A program made the position numbers and the translations under genes. Under the pieces are notes generated by a model, which did no database searches, was not told where the DNA came from, and saw only the letters and a list, made by a program, of their open reading frames with translations. 64,000 nucleotides of DNA from Eledone cirrhosa (taxonomy: Eukaryota), in assembly GCA_964016885.1 (NCBI GenBank), contig OZ024762.1, forward strand, positions 29,760,001-29,824,000, given 5' to 3'. How positions within the stretch are numbered: position 1 is the stretch's first letter; every line of letters starts with the position of its first letter. Of this stretch, positions 23,401-39,100 are shown piece after piece.

Positions 23401-26400
23401 ATACCCTTCCTAACACCAACCACATTTACAGTGTGGACTGGGAGGTTTTTACCGTGTTGCCTACACGGCCACATTACAGCGTGGACTGTCTGGCGGGTTA
23501 TCTACGGCTGGATGCCCTTCCTAACACCAACCACATTTACAGTGTGGACTGGGAGGTTTTTACCGTGTTGCCTACACGGCCACATTACAGCGTGGACTGT
23601 CTGGCGGGTTTTCTACGGCTGGATGCCCTTCCTAACACCAACCACATTTACATTGTGGACTGGGAGATTTTTACCGTGTTGCCTACACGGCCACATTACA
23701 GCGTGGACTGACTGGCGGGTTTTCTACAGCTGGATGCTCTTCCTAACACCAACCACATTTACAGTGTGGACTGGGAGATTTTTACCGTGTTGCCTACACG
23801 GCCACATTACAGCGTGGACTGTCTGGCGGGTTTTCTACGGCTGGATGCCCTTCCTAACACCAACCACATTTACAGTGTGGGGCTGGGAGGTTTTTACTGT
23901 GTTGCCTCCACAGCCACATTACAGCGTGGACTGTCTGGCGGGTTTGCTACAGCTGGATGCCCTTCCTAACACCAACTACGTTTACAGGGTGGAACTGGGA
24001 GGTTTTTACCGTGTTGCCTACACGGCCACATTACAGCGTGGACTGTCTGGCGGGTTTTCTACGGCTGGATGCCCTTCCTAACACCAACCACATTTACAGT
24101 GTGGACTGGGAGATTTTTACCGTGTTGCCTACACGGCCACATTACAGCGTGGACTGTCTGGCGGGTTTTCTACGGCTGGATGCCCTTCCTAACACCAACC
24201 ACATTTACAGTGTGGACTGGGAGGTTTTTACCGTGTTGCCTACACGGCCACATTACAGCGTGGACTGTCTGGCGGGTTTTCTACGGCTGGATGCCCTTCC
24301 TAACACCAACCACATTTACAGTGTGGACTGGGAGGTTTTTACCGTGTTGCCTACACGGCCACATTACAGCGTGGACTGTCTGGCAGGTTTTCTACGGCTG
24401 GATGCCTTTCCTAACACCAACCACATTTAGTGTGGGGTTGCGAGGTTTTTACTGTGTTGCTTACACGGCCACATTATAGCGTGGACTGTCTGGCGGGTTT
24501 TCTACGGCTGGATGCCCTTCCTAACACCAACCACATTTACAGTGTGGACTGGGAGGTTTTTACCGTGTTGCCTACACGGCCACATTACAGCGTGGACTGT
24601 CTGGCGGGTTATCTACGGCTGGATGCCCTTCCTAACACCAACCACATTTACAGTGTGGACTGGGAGGTTTTTACCGTGTTGCATACACGGCCACATTACA
24701 GCGTGGACTGTCTGGCGGGTTTTCTACGGCTGGATGCCCTTCCTAACACCAACCACATTTACATTGTGGACTGGGAGATTTTTACCGTGTTGCCTACACG
24801 GCCACATTACAGCGTGGACTGACTGGCGGGTTTTCTACAGCTGGATGCTCTTCCTAACACCAACCACATTTACAGTGTGGACTGGGAGATTTTTACCGTG
24901 TTGCCTACACGGCCACATTACAGCGTGGACTGTCTGGCGGGTTTTCTACGGTTGGATGCCCTTCCTAACACCAACCACATTTACAGTGTGGGGCTGGGAG
25001 GTTTTTACTGTGTTGCCTACACAGCCACATTACAGCGTGGACTGTCTGGCGGGTTTTCTACAGCTGGATGCCCTTCCTAACACCAACTACGTTTACAGAG
25101 TGGAACTGGGAGGTTTTTACCGTGTTGCCTACACGGCCACATTACAGCGTGGACTGTCTGGCGGGTTTTCTACGGCTGGATGTCCTTCCTAACACCAACC
25201 ACATTTACAGTGTGGGCTGGGAGGTTTTTACCGTGTTGCCTACACGGCCACATTACAGTGTGGACTGTCTGGCGGGTTTTCTACAGCTGGATGCCCTTCC
25301 TAACACCAACCACATTTACATTGTGGACTGGGAGATTTCTACCGTGTTGCCTACACGGCCACATTACAGCGTGGACTGTCTGGCGGGTTTTCTACAGCTG
25401 GATGCCCTTCCTAACACCAACCACATTTACAGTGTGGACTGGGAGATTTTTACCGTGTTGCCTACACGGCCACATTTCAGCGTGGACTGTCTGGCGGGTT
25501 TTCTACTGCTGGATGCCCTTCCTAACACCAACCACATTTACAGTGTGGACTGGGAGGTTTTTACCGGGTTGCCTACACGGCCACATTACAGCGTGGACTG
25601 TCTGGCGGGTTATCTACGGCTGGATGCCCTTCCTAACACCAACCACATTTACAGTGTGGACTGGGAGGTTTTTACCGTGTTGCCTACACGGCCACATTAC
25701 AGCGTGGACTGTCTGGCGGGTTTTCTACAGCTGGATGCCCTTCCTAACACCAACTACGCTTACAGTGTGGAACTGGGAGGTTTTTACCGTGTTGCCTACA
25801 CGGCCACATTACAGCGTGGACTGTCTGGCGGGTTTTCTACAGCTGGATGCCCTTCCTAACACCAACCACATTTACAGTGTGGACTGGGAGATTTTTACCG
25901 TGTTGCCTACACGGCCACATTACAGCGTGGACTGTCTGGCGGGTTTTCTACGGCTGGATGCCCTTCCTAACACCAACCACATTTACAGTGTGGACTGGGA
26001 GGTTTTTACCGTGTTGCCTACACGGCCACATTACAGCGTTGACTGTCTGGCGGGTTTTCTACGGCTGGATGCCCTTCCTAACACCAACCACATTTACAGT
26101 GTGGACTGAGAGGTTTTTACCGTGTTGCCTACACGGCCACATTACAGCGTGGACTGTCTGGCGGGTTTTCTACGGCTGGATGCCCTTCCTAACACCAACC
26201 ACATTTAGTGTGGGGTTGCGAGGTTTTTACTGTGTTGCTTACACGGCCACATTATAGCGTGGACTGTCTGGCGGGTTTTCTACGGCTGGATGCCCTTCCT
26301 AACACCAACCACATTTACAGTGTGGACTGGGAGGTTTTTACCGTGTTGCCTACACGGCCACATTACAGCGTGGACTGTCTGGCGGGTTATCTACGGCTGG
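20180..26400. repeat. Higher-order repeat domain 2a: tandem duplication of 3111 bp (28 monomers)
   Basis: Anchors 20655/23766, 20846/23957, 21319/24430, 21957/25068 and 22736/25847. Private markers include GCCTCCACAG, GTTTGCTACA, TACAGGGTGG, GCCTTTCC and GATTTCTACC. Confidence 0.92.
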
Positions 26401-29400
26401 ATGCCCTTCCTAACACCAACCACATTTACAGTGTGGACTGGGAGGTTTTTACCGTGTTGCATACACGGCCACATTACAGCGTGGACTGTCTGGCGGGTTT
26501 TCTACGGCTGGATGCCCTTCCTAACACCAACCACATTTACATTGTGGACTGGGAGATTTTTACCGTGTTGCCTACACGGCCACATTACAGCGTGGACTGA
26601 CTGGCGGGTTTTCTACAGCTGGATGCTCTTCCTAACACCAACCACATTTACAGTGTGGACTGGGAGATTTTTACCGTGTTGCCTACACGGCCACATTACA
26701 GCGTGGACTGTCTGGCGGGTTTTCTACGGTTGGATGCCCTTCCTAACACCAACCACATTTACAGTGTGGGGCTGGGAGGTTTTTACTGTGTTGCCTACAC
26801 AGCCACATTACAGCGTGGACTGTCTGGCGGGTTTTCTACAGCTGGATGCCCTTCCTAACACCAACTACGTTTACAGAGTGGAACTGGGAGGTTTTTACCG
26901 TGTTGCCTACACGGCCACATTACAGCGTGGACTGTCTGGCGGGTTTTCTACGGCTGGATGTCCTTCCTAACACCAACCACATTTACAGTGTGGGCTGGGA
27001 GGTTTTTACCGTGTTGCCTACACGGCCACATTACAGTGTGGACTGTCTGGCGGGTTTTCTACAGCTGGATGCCCTTCCTAACACCAACCACATTTACATT
27101 GTGGACTGGGAGATTTTTACCGTGTTGCCTACACGGCCACATTACAGCGTGGACTGTCTGGCGGGTTTTCTACAGCTGGATGCCCTTCCTAACACCAACC
27201 ACATTTACAGTGTGGACTGGGAGATTTTTACCGTGTTGCCTACACGGCCACATTTCAGCGTGGACTGTCTGGCGGGTTTTCTACTGCTGGATGCCCTTCC
27301 TAACACCAACCACATTTACAGTGTGGACTGGGAGGTTTTTACCGGGTTGCCTACACGGCCACATTACAGCGTGGACTGTCTGGCGGGTTATCTACGGCTG
27401 GATGCCCTTCCTAACACCAACCACATTTACAGTGTGGACTGGGAGGTTTTTACCGTGTTGCCTACACGGCCACATTACAGCGTGGACTGTCTGGCGGGTT
27501 TTCTACAGCTGGATGCCCTTCCTAACACCAACTACGCTTACAGTGTGGAACTGGGAGGTTTTTACCGTGTTGCCTACACGGCCACATTACAGCGTGGACT
27601 GTCTGGCGGGTTTTCTACAGCTGGATGCCCTTCCTAACACCAACCACATTTACAGTGTGGACTGGGAGATTTTTACCGTGTTGCCTACACGGCCACATTA
27701 CAGCGTGGACTGTCTGGCGGGTTTTCTACGGCTGGATGCCCTTCCTAACACCAACCACATTTACAGTGTGGACTAGGAGGTTTTTACCGTGTTGCCTACA
27801 CGGCCACATTACAGCGTTGACTGTCTGGCGGGTTTTCTACGGCTGGATGCCCTTCCTAACACCAACCACATTTACAGTGTGGACTGAGAGGTTTTTACCG
27901 TGTTGCCTACACGGCCACATTACAGCGTGGACTGTCTGGCGGGTTTTCTACGGCTGGATGCCCTTCCTAACACCAACCACATTTAGTGTGGGGTTGCGAG
28001 GTTTTTACTGTGTTGCTTACACGGCCACATTATAGCGTGGACTGTCTGGCGGGTTTTCTACGGCTGGATGCCCTTCCTAACACCAACCACATTTACAGTG
28101 TGGAACTGGGAGGTTTTTACCGTGTTGCCTACACAGCCACATTACAGCGTGGAATGTCTGGCGGGTTATCTACGGCTGGATGCCCTTCCTAACACCAACC
28201 ACATTTACAGTGTGGACTGGGAGGTTTTTACCGTGTTGCCTACACGGCCACATTACAGCGTGGACTGTCTGGCGGGTTTTCTACGGCTGGATGCCCTTCC
28301 TAACACCAACCACATTTACATTGTGGACTGGGAGATTTTTACCGTGTTGCCTACACGGCCACATTACAGCGTGGACTGACTGGCGGGTTTTCTACAGCTG
28401 GATGCTCTTCCTAACACCAACCACATTTACAGTGTGGACTGGGAGATTTTTACCGTGTTGCCTACACGGCCACATTACAGCGTGGACTGTCTGGCGGGTT
28501 TTCTACGGCTGGATGCCCTTCCTAACACCAACCACATTTACAGTGTGGGGCTGGGAGGTTTTTACTGTGTTGCCTACACAGCCACATTACAGCGTGGACT
28601 GTCAGGCGGGTTTTCTACAGCTGGATGCCCTTCCTAACACCAACTACGTTTACAGAGTGGAACTGGGAGGTTTTTACCGTGTTGCCTACACGGCCACATT
28701 ACAGCGTGGACTGTCTGGCGGGTTTTCTACGGCTGGATGCCCTTCCTAACACCAACCACATTTACAGTGTGGGCTGGGAGGTTTTTACCGTGTTGCCTAC
28801 ACGGCCACATTACAGTGTGGACTGTCTGGCGGGTTTTCTACAGCTGGATGCCCTTCCTAACACCAACCACATTTACATTGTGGACTGGGAGATTTTTACC
28901 GTGTTGCCTACACGGCCACATTACAGCGTGGACTGTCTGGCGGGTTTTCTACAGCTGGATGCCCTTCCTAACACCAACCACATTTACAGTGTGGACTGGG
29001 AGGTTTTTACCGGGTTGCCTACACGGCCACATTACAGCGTGGACTGTCTGGCGGGTTATCTACGGCTGGATGCCCTTCCTAACACCAACCACATTTACAG
29101 TGTGGACTGGGAGGTTTTTACCGTGTTGCCTACACGGCCACATTACAGCGTGGACTGTCTGGCGGGTTTTCTACGGCTGGATGCCCTTCCTAACACCAAC
29201 CACATTTACAGTGTGGACTGGGAGGTTTTTACCGTGTTGCCTACACGGCCACATTACAGCGTTGACTGTCTGGCGGGTTTTCTACGGCTGGATGCCCTTC
29301 CTAACACCAACCACATTTAGTGTGGGGTTGCGCGGTTTTTACTGTGTTGCTTACACGGCCACATTATAGCGTGGACTGTCTGGCGGGTTTTCTACGGTTG

Positions 29401-29750
29401 GATGCCCTTCCTAACACCAACCACATTTACAGTGTGGAACTAGGAGGTTTTTACCGTGTTGCCTACACGGCCACATTACAGCGTGGAATGTCTGGCGGGT
29501 TATCTACGGCTGGATGCCCTTCCTAACACCAACCACATTTACAGTGTGGACTGGGAGGTTTTTACCGTGTTGCCTACACGGCCACATTACAGCGTGGACT
29601 GTCTGGCGGGTTTTCTACGGCTGGATGCCCTTCCTAACACCAACCAAATTTACATTGTGGACTGGGAGATTTTTACCGTGTTGCCTACACGGCCACATTA
29701 CAGCGTGGACTGACTGGCGGGTTTTCTACAGCTGGATGCTCTTCCTAACA
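24430..29750. repeat. Higher-order repeat domain 2b: 1778-bp (16 monomer) units followed by a shortened 1334-bp (12 monomer) derivative
   Basis: Anchors 24430/26208/27986 (1778 bp each) then 29320 (1334 bp); also 25068/26846 and 25847/27625. Markers include GCATACAC, TACAGAGTGG, CATTTCAGC, AGCGTTGAC and GACTGAGAG. Confidence 0.88.
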
Positions 29751-30199
29751 CCAACCACATTTACAGTGTGGACTGGGAGATTTTTACCGTGTTGCCTACA
29801 CGGCCACATTACAGCGTGGACTGTCTGGCGGGTTTTCTACAGCTGGATGCCCTTCCTAACACCAACTACGCTTACAGTGTGGAACTGGGAGATTTTTACC
29901 GTGTTGCCTACACGGCCACATTACAGCGTGGACTGTCTGGCGGGTTTTCTACAGCTGGATGCCCTTCCTAACACCAACTACGCTTACAGTGTGGAACTGG
30001 GAGGTTTTTACCGTGTTGCCTACACGGCCACATTACAGCGTGGACTGTCTGGCGGGTTTTCTACGGCTGGATGTCCTTCCTAACACCAAACACATTTACA
30101 GTGTGGGGCTGGGAGGTTTTTACTGTGTTGCCTACACGGCCACATTACAGCGTGGACTGTCTGGCGGGTTTTCTACAGCTGGATGCCCTTCCTAACACC

Positions 30200-33100
30200 A
30201 ACCACATTTACAGTGTGGACTGGGAGGTTTTTACCGTGTTGCCTACACGGCCACATTACAGCGTGGACTGTCTGGCGGGTTATCTACGGCTGGATGCCCT
30301 TCCTAACACCAACCACATTTACAGTGTGGACTGGGAGGTTTTTACCGTGTTGCCTACACGGCCACATTACAGCGTGGACTGTCTGGCGGGTTTTCTACAG
30401 CTGGATGCCCTTCCTAACACCAACCACATTTACAGTGTGGGCTGGGAGGTTTTTACCGTGTTGCCTACACGGCCACATTACAGTGTGGACTGTCTGGCGG
30501 GTTTTCTACAGCTGGATGCCCTTCCTAACACCAACCACATTTACAGTGTGGGCTGGGAGGTTTTTACCGTGTTGCCTACACGTCCACATTACAGTGTGGA
30601 CTGTCTGGCGGGTTTTCTACAGCTGGATGCCCTTCCTAACACCAACTACGCTTACAGTGTGGAACTGGGAGGTTTTTACCGTGTTGCCTACACGGCCACA
30701 TTACAGCGTGGACTATCTGGCGGGTTTTCTACAGCTGGATGCCCTTCCTAACACCAACCACATTTACAGTGTGGACTGGGAGGTTTTTACCGTGTTGCCT
30801 ACACGGCCACATTACAGCGTGGACTGTCTGGCGGGTTTTCTACGGCTGGATGCCCTTCCTAACACCAACCACATTTACATTGTAGACTGGGAGATTTTTA
30901 ACGTGTTGCCTACACGGCCACATTACAGCGTGGACTGTCTGGCGGGTTTTCTACAGCTGCATGCCCTTCCTAACACCAACCACATTTACAGTGTGGACTG
31001 GGAGATTTTTACCGTGTTGCCTACACGGCCACATTACAGCGTGGACTGTCTGGCGGGTTTTCTACGGCTGGATGCCCTTCCCAACACCAACCACATTTAC
31101 AGTGTGGACTGGGAGGTTTTTACCGGGTTGCCTACACGGCCACATTACAGCGTGGACTGTCTGGCGGGTTTTCTACGGCTGGATGCCCTTCCTAACACCA
31201 ACCACATTTACAGTGTGGACTGGGAGGTTTTTACCGTGTTGCCTACACGGCCACATTACAGCGTGGACTGTCTGGCGGGTTTTCTAAAGCTGGATGCCCT
31301 TCCTAACTCCAACTACGCTTACAGTGTGGAACTGGGAGGTTTTTACCGTGTTGCCTACACGGCCACATTACAACGTGGACTGTCTGGCGGGTTTTCTACA
31401 GCTGGATGCCCTTCCTAACACCAACCACATTTACAGTGTGGACTGGGAGATTTTTACCGTGTTGCCTACACGGCCACATTACAGCGTGGACTGTCTGGTG
31501 GGTTTTCTACGGCTGGATGCCCTTCCTAACACCAACCACATTTACAGTGTGGACTGGGAGGTTTTTACCGTGTTGCCTACACGGCCACATTACAGCGTGG
31601 ACTGTCTGGCGGGTTTTCTACGGCTGGATGCCCTTCCTAACACCAACCACATTTAGTGTGGGGTTGCGTGGTTTTTACTGTGTTGCTTACACGGCCACAT
31701 TATAGCGTGGACTGTCTGGCGGGTTTTCTACGGCTGGATGCCCTTCCTAACACCAACCACATTTACAGTGTGGACTGGGAGGTTTTTACCGTGTTGCCTA
31801 CACGGCCACATTACAGCGTGGACTGTCTGGCGGGTTATCTACGGCTGGATGCCCTTCCTAACACCAACCACATTTACAGTGTGGACTGGGAGGTTTTTAC
31901 CGTGTTGCCTACACGGCCACATTACAGCGTGGACTGTCTGGCGGGTTTTCTACGGCTGGATGCCCTTCCTAACACCAACCACATTTACAGTGTGGACTGG
32001 GAGGTTTTTACCGTGTTGCCTACACGGCCACATTACAGCGTGGACTGTCTGGCGGGTTTTCTACAGCTGGATGCCCTTCCTAACACCAACTACGCTTACA
32101 GTGTGGAACTGGGAGGTTTTTACCGTGTTGCCTACACGGCCACATTACAGCGTGGACTGTCTGGCGGGTTTTCTACGGCTGGATGCCCTTCCTAACACCA
32201 ACCACATTTACAGTGTGGACTGGGAGATTTTTACCGTGTTGCCTACACGGCCACATTACAGCGTGGACTGTCTGGCGGGTTTTCTACGGCTGGATGCCCT
32301 TCCTAACACCAACCACATTTACAGTGTGGACTGGGAGGTTTTTACCGTGTTGCCTACACGGCCACATTACAGCGTGGACTGTCTGGCGGGTTTTCTACGG
32401 CTGGATGCCCTTCCTAACACCAACCACATTTACAGTGTGGACTGGGAGGTTTTTACCGTGTTGCCTACACGGCCACATTACAGCGTGGACTGTCTGGCGG
32501 GTTTTCTACGGCTGGATGCCCTTCCTAACACCAACCACATTTAGTGTGGGGTTGCGAGGTTTTTACTGTTTTGCTTACACGGCCACATTATAGCGTGGAC
32601 TGTCTGGCGGGTTTTCTACGGCTGGATGCCCTTCCTAACACCAACCACATTTACAGTGTGGACTGGGAGGTTTTTACCGTGTTGCCTACACGGCCACATT
32701 ACAGCGTGGACTGTCTGGCGGGTTATCTACGGCTGGATGCCCTTCCTAACACCAACCACATTTACAGTGTGGACTGGGAGGTTTTTACCGTGTTGCCTAC
32801 ACGGCCACATTACAGCGTGGACTGTCTGGCGGGTTTTCTACGGCTGGATGCCCTTCCTAACACCAACCACATTTACATTGTGGACTGGGAGATTTTTACC
32901 GTGTTGCCTACACGGCCACATTACAGCGTGGACTGACTGGCGGGTTTTCTACAGCTGGATGCTCTTCCTAACACCAACCACATTTACAGTGTGGACTGGG
33001 AGATTTTTACCGTGTTGCCTACACGGCCACATTACAGCGTGGACTGTCTGGCGGGTTTTCTACAGCTGGATACCCTTCCTAACATCAACCACATTTACAG

Positions 33101-36100
33101 TGTGGACTGGGAGATTTTTACCGTGTTGCCTACACGGCCACATTACAGCGTGGACTGTCTGGCGGGTTTTCTACGGCTGGATGCCCTTCCTAACACCAAC
33201 CACATTTACAGTGTGGACTGGGAGGTTTTTACCGTGTTGCCTACACGGCCACATTACAGCGTGGACTGTCTGGCGGGTTTTCTACAGCTGGATGCCCTTC
33301 CTAACACCAACCACATTTACAGTGTGGGCTGGGTGGTTTTTACCGTGTTGACTACACGTCCACATTACAGTGTGGACTGTCTGGCGGATTTTCTACAGCT
33401 GGATGCCCTTCCTAACACCAACCACATTTACAGTGTGGGCTGGGAGGTTTTTACCGTGTTGCCTACACGTCCACATTACAGCGTGGACTGTCTGGCGGGT
33501 TTTCTACAGCTGGATGCCCTTCCTAACACCAACTACGCTTACAGTGTGGAACTGGGAGGTTTTTACCCGTGTTGCCTACACGGCCACATTACAGCGTGGA
33601 CTGTCTGGCGGGTTTTCTACAGCTGGATACCCTTCCTAACATCAACCACATTTACAATGTGGACTGGGAGATTTTTACCGTGTTGCCTACACGGCCACAT
33701 TACAGCGTGGACTGTCTGGCGGGTTTTCTACGGCTGGATGCCCTTCCTAACACCAACCACATTTACAGTGTGGACTGGGAGGTTTTTACCGTGTTGCCTA
33801 CACGGCCACATTACAGCGTGGACTGTCTGGCGGGTTTTCTACAGCTGGATGCCCTTCCTAACACCAACCACATTTACAGTGTGGACTGGGAGGTTTTTAC
33901 CGTGTTGCCTACACGGCCACATTACAGCGTGGACTGTCTGGCGGGTTTTCTACAGCTGGATGCCCTTCCTAACACCAACCACATTTACAGTGTGGACTGG
34001 GAGATTTTTACCGTGTTGCCTACACGGCCACATTACAGCGTGGACTGTCTGGTGGGTTTTCTACGGCTGGATGCCCTTCCTAACACCAACCACATTTACA
34101 GTGTGGACTGGGAGGTTTTTACCGTGTTGCCTACACGGCCACATTACAGCGTGGACTGTCTGGCGGGTTTTCTACGGCTGGATGCCCTTCCTAACACCAA
34201 CCACATTTAGTGTGGGGTTGCGTGGTTTTTACTGTGTTGCTTACACGGCCACATTATAGCGTGGACTGTCTGGCGGGTTTTCTACGGCTGGATGCCCTTC
34301 CTAACACCAACCACATTTACAGTGTGGACTGGGAGGTTTTTACCGTGTTGCCTACACGGCCACATTACAGCGTGGACTGTCTGGCGGGTTATCTACGGCT
34401 GGATGCCCTTCCTAACACCAACCACATTTACAGTGTGGACTGGGAGGTTTTTACCGTGTTGCCTACACGGCCACATTACAGCGTGGACTGTCTGGCGGGT
34501 TTTCTACGGCTGGATGCCCTTCCTAACACCAACCACATTTACAGTGTGGACTGGGAGGTTTTTACCGTGTTGCCTACACGGCCACATTACAGCGTGGACT
34601 GTCTGGCGGGTTTTCTACAGCTGGATGCCCTTCCTAACACCAACTACGCTTACAGTGTGGAACTGGGAGGTTTTTACCGTGTTGCCTACACGGCCACATT
34701 ACAGCGTGGACTGTCTGGCGGGTTTTCTACAGCTGGATGCCCTTCCTAACACCAACCACATTTACAGTGTGGACTGGGAGATTTTTACCGTGTTGCCTAC
34801 ACGGCCACATTACAGCGTGGACTGTCTGGCGGGTTTTCTACGGCTGGATGCCCTTCCTTACACCAACCACATTTACAGTGTGGACTGGAATGTTTTTACC
34901 GTGTTGCCTACACGGCCACATTACAGCGTGGACTGTCTGGCGGGTTTTCTACGGCTGGATGCCCTTCCTAACACCAACCACATTTACAGTGTGGACTGGG
35001 AGGTTTTTACCGTGTTGCCTACAAGGCCACATTACAGCGTGGACTGTCTGGCGGGTTTTCTACGGCTGGATGCCCTTCCTAACACCAACCACATTTACAT
35101 TGTGGACTGGGAGATTTTTACCGTGTTGCCTACACGGCCACATTACAGCGTGGACTGTCTGGCGGGTTTTCTACAGCTGGATTCCCTTCCTAACACCAAC
35201 CACATTTACAGTGTGGACTGGGAGGTTTTTACCGTGTTGCCTACACGGCCACATTACAGCGTGGACTGTCTGGCGGGTTTTCTACAGCTGGATGCCCTTC
35301 CTAACACCAACTACGCTTACAGTGTGGAACTGGGAGGTTTTTACCGTGTTGCCTACACGGCCACATTACAGCGTGGACTGTCTGGCGGGTTTTCTACGGC
35401 TGGATGCCCTTCCTAACACCAACCACATTTACAGTGTGGACTGGGAGATTTTTACCGTGTTGCCTACACGGCCACATTACAGCGTGGACTGTCTGGCGGG
35501 TTTTCTACGGCTGGATGCCCTTCCTAACACCAACCACATTTACAGTGTGGACTGGGAGGTTTTTACCGTGTTGCCTACACGGCCACATTACAGCGTGGAC
35601 TGTCTGGCGGGTTTTCTACGGCTGGATGCCCTTCCTAACACCAACCACATTTACAGTGTGGACTGGGAGGTTTTTACCGTGTTGCCTACACGGCCACATT
35701 ACAGCGTGGACTGTCTGGCGGGTTTTCTACGGCTGGATGCCCTTCCTAACACCAACCACATTTAGTGTGGGGTTGCGAGGTTTTTACTGTGTTGCTTACA
35801 CGGCCACATTATAGCGTGGACTGTCTGGCGGGTTTTCTACGGCTGGATGCCCTTCCTAACACCAACCACATTTACAGTTGACTGGGAGGTTTTTACCGTG
35901 TTGCCTACACGGCCACATTACAGCGTGGACTGTCTGGCGGGTTATCTACGGCTGGATGCCCTTCCTAACACCAACCACATTTACAGTGTGGACTGGGAGG
36001 TTTTTACCGTGTTGCCTACACGGCCACATTACAGCGTGGACTGTCTGGCGGGTTTTCTACAGCTGGATGCCCTTCCTAACACCAACCACATTTACAGTGT

Positions 36101-39100
36101 GGGCTGGGAGGTTTTTACCGTGTTGCCTACACGGCCACATTACAGTGTGGACTTTCTGGCAGGTTTTCTACAGCTGGATGCCCTTCCTAACACCAACCAC
36201 ATTTACAGTGTGGGCTGGGAGGTTTTTACCGTGTTGCCTACACGTCCACATTACAGTGTGGACTGTCTGGCGGGTTTTCTACAGCTGGATGCCCTTCCTA
36301 ACACCAACTACGCTTACAGTGTGGAACTGGGAGGTTTTTACCGTGTTGCCTACACGGCCACATTACAGCGTGGACTATCTGGCGGGTTTTCTACAGCTGG
36401 ATGCCCTTCCTAACACCAACCACATTTACAGTGTGGACCGGGAGATTTTTACCGTGTTGCCTACACGGCCACATTACAGCGTGGACTGTCTGGCGGGTTT
36501 TCTACGGCTGGATGCCCTTCCTAACACCAACCACATTTACAGTGTGGACTGGGAGGTTTTTACCGTGTTGCCTACACGGCCACATTACAGCGTGGACTGT
36601 CTGGCGGGTTTTCTACGGCTGGATGCCCTTCCTAACACCAACCACATTTACATTGTAGACTGGGAGATTTTTAACGTGTTGCCTACACGGCCACATTACA
36701 GCGTGGACTGTCTGGCGGGTTTTCTACAGCTGCATGCCCTTCCTAACACCAACCACATTTACAGTGTGGACTGGGAGATTTTTACCGTGTTGCCTACACG
36801 GCCACATTACAGCGTGGACTGTCTGGCGGGTTTTCTACAGCTGCATGCCCTTCCTAACACCAACCACATTTACAGTGTGGACTGGGAGATTTTTACCGTG
36901 TTGCCTACACGGCCACATTACAGCGTGGACTGTCTGGCGGGTTTTCTACGGCTGGATGCCCTTCCCAACACCAACCACATTTACAGTGTGGACTGGGAGG
37001 TTTTTACCGGGTTGCCTACACGGCCACATTACAGCGTGGACTGTCTGGCGGGTTTTCTACGGCTGGATGCCCTTCCTAACACCAACCACATTTACAGTGT
37101 GGACTGGGAGGTTTTTACCGTGTTGCCTACACGGCCACATTACAGCGTGGACTGTCTGGCGGGTTTTCTAAAGCTGGATGCCCTTCCTAACTCCAACTAC
37201 GCTTACAGTGTGGAACTGGGAGGTTTTTACCGTGTTGCCTACACGGCCACATTACAACGTGGACTGTCTGGCGGGTTTTCTACAGCTGGATGCCCTTCCT
37301 AACACCAACCACATTTACAGTGTGGACTGGGAGATTTTTACCGTGTTGCCTACACGGCCACATTACAGCGTGGACTGTCTGGTGGGTTTTCTACGGCTGG
37401 ATGCCCTTCCTAACACCAACCACATTTACAGTGTGGACTGGGAGGTTTTTACCGTGTTGCCTACACGGCCACATTACAGCGTGGACTGTCTGGCGGGTTT
37501 TCTACGGCTGGATGCCCTTCCTAACACCAACCACATTTAGTGTGGGGTTGCGTGGTTTTTACTGTGTTGCTTACACGGCCACATTATAGCGTGGACTGTC
37601 TGGCGGGTTTTCTACGGCTGGATGCCCTTCCTAACACCAACCACATTTACAGTGTGGACTGGGAGGTTTTTACCGTGTTGCCTACACGGCCACATTACAG
37701 CGTGGACTGTCTGGCGGGTTATCTACGGCTGGATGCCCTTCCTAACACCAACCACATTTACAGTGTGGACTGGGAGGTTTTTACCGTGTTGCCTACACGG
37801 CCACATTACAGCGTGGACTGTCTGGCGGGTTTTCTACGGCTGGATGCCCTTCCTAACACCAACCACATTTACAGTGTGGACTGGGAGGTTTTTACCGTGT
37901 TGCCTACACGGCCACATTACAGCGTGGACTGTCTGGCGGGTTTTCTACAGCTGGATGCCCTTCCTAACACCAACTACGCTTACAGTGTGGAACTGGGAGG
38001 TTTTTACCGTGTTGCCTACACGGCCACATTACAGCGTGGACTGTCTGGCGGGTTTTCTACGGCTGGATGCCCTTCCTAACACCAACCACATTTACAGTGT
38101 GGACTGGGAGATTTTTACCGTGTTGCCTACACGGCCACATTACAGCGTGGACTGTCTGGCGGGTTTTCTACGGCTGGATGCCCTTCCTAACACCAACCAC
38201 ATTTACAGTGTGGACTGGGAGGTTTTTACCGTGTTGCCTACACGGCCACATTACAGCGTGGACTGTCTGGCGGGTTTTCTACGGCTGGATGCCCTTCCTA
38301 ACACCAACCACATTTACAGTGTGGACTGGGAGGTTTTTACCGTGTTGCCTACACGGCCACATTACAGCGTGGACTGTCTGGCGGGTTTTCTACGGCTGGA
38401 TGCCCTTCCTAACACCAACCACATTTAGTGTGGGGTTGCGAGGTTTTTACTGTTTTGCTTACACGGCCACATTATAGCGTGGACTGTCTGGCGGGTTTTC
38501 TACGGCTGGATGCCCTTCCTAACACCAACCACATTTACAGTGTGGACTGGGAGGTTTTTACCGTGTTGCCTACACGGCCACATTACAGCGTGGACTGTCT
38601 GGCGGGTTATCTACGGCTGGATGCCCTTCCTAACACCAACCACATTTACAGTGTGGACTGGGAGGTTTTTACCGTGTTGCCTACACGGCCACATTACAGC
38701 GTGGACTGTCTGGCGGGTTTTCTACGGCTGGATGCCCTTCCTAACACCAACCACATTTACATTGTGGACTGGGAGATTTTTACCGTGTTGCCTACACGGC
38801 CACATTACAGCGTGGACTGACTGGCGGGTTTTCTACAGCTGGATGCTCTTCCTAACACCAACCACATTTACAGTGTGGACTGGGAGATTTTTACCGTGTT
38901 GCCTACACGGCCACATTACAGCGTGGACTGTCTGGCGGGTTTTCTACAGCTGGATACCCTTCCTAACATCAACCACATTTACAGTGTGGACTGGGAGATT
39001 TTTACCGTGTTGCCTACACGGCCACATTACAGCGTGGACTGTCTGGCGGGTTTTCTACGGCTGGATGCCCTTCCTAACACCAACCACATTTACAGTGTGG

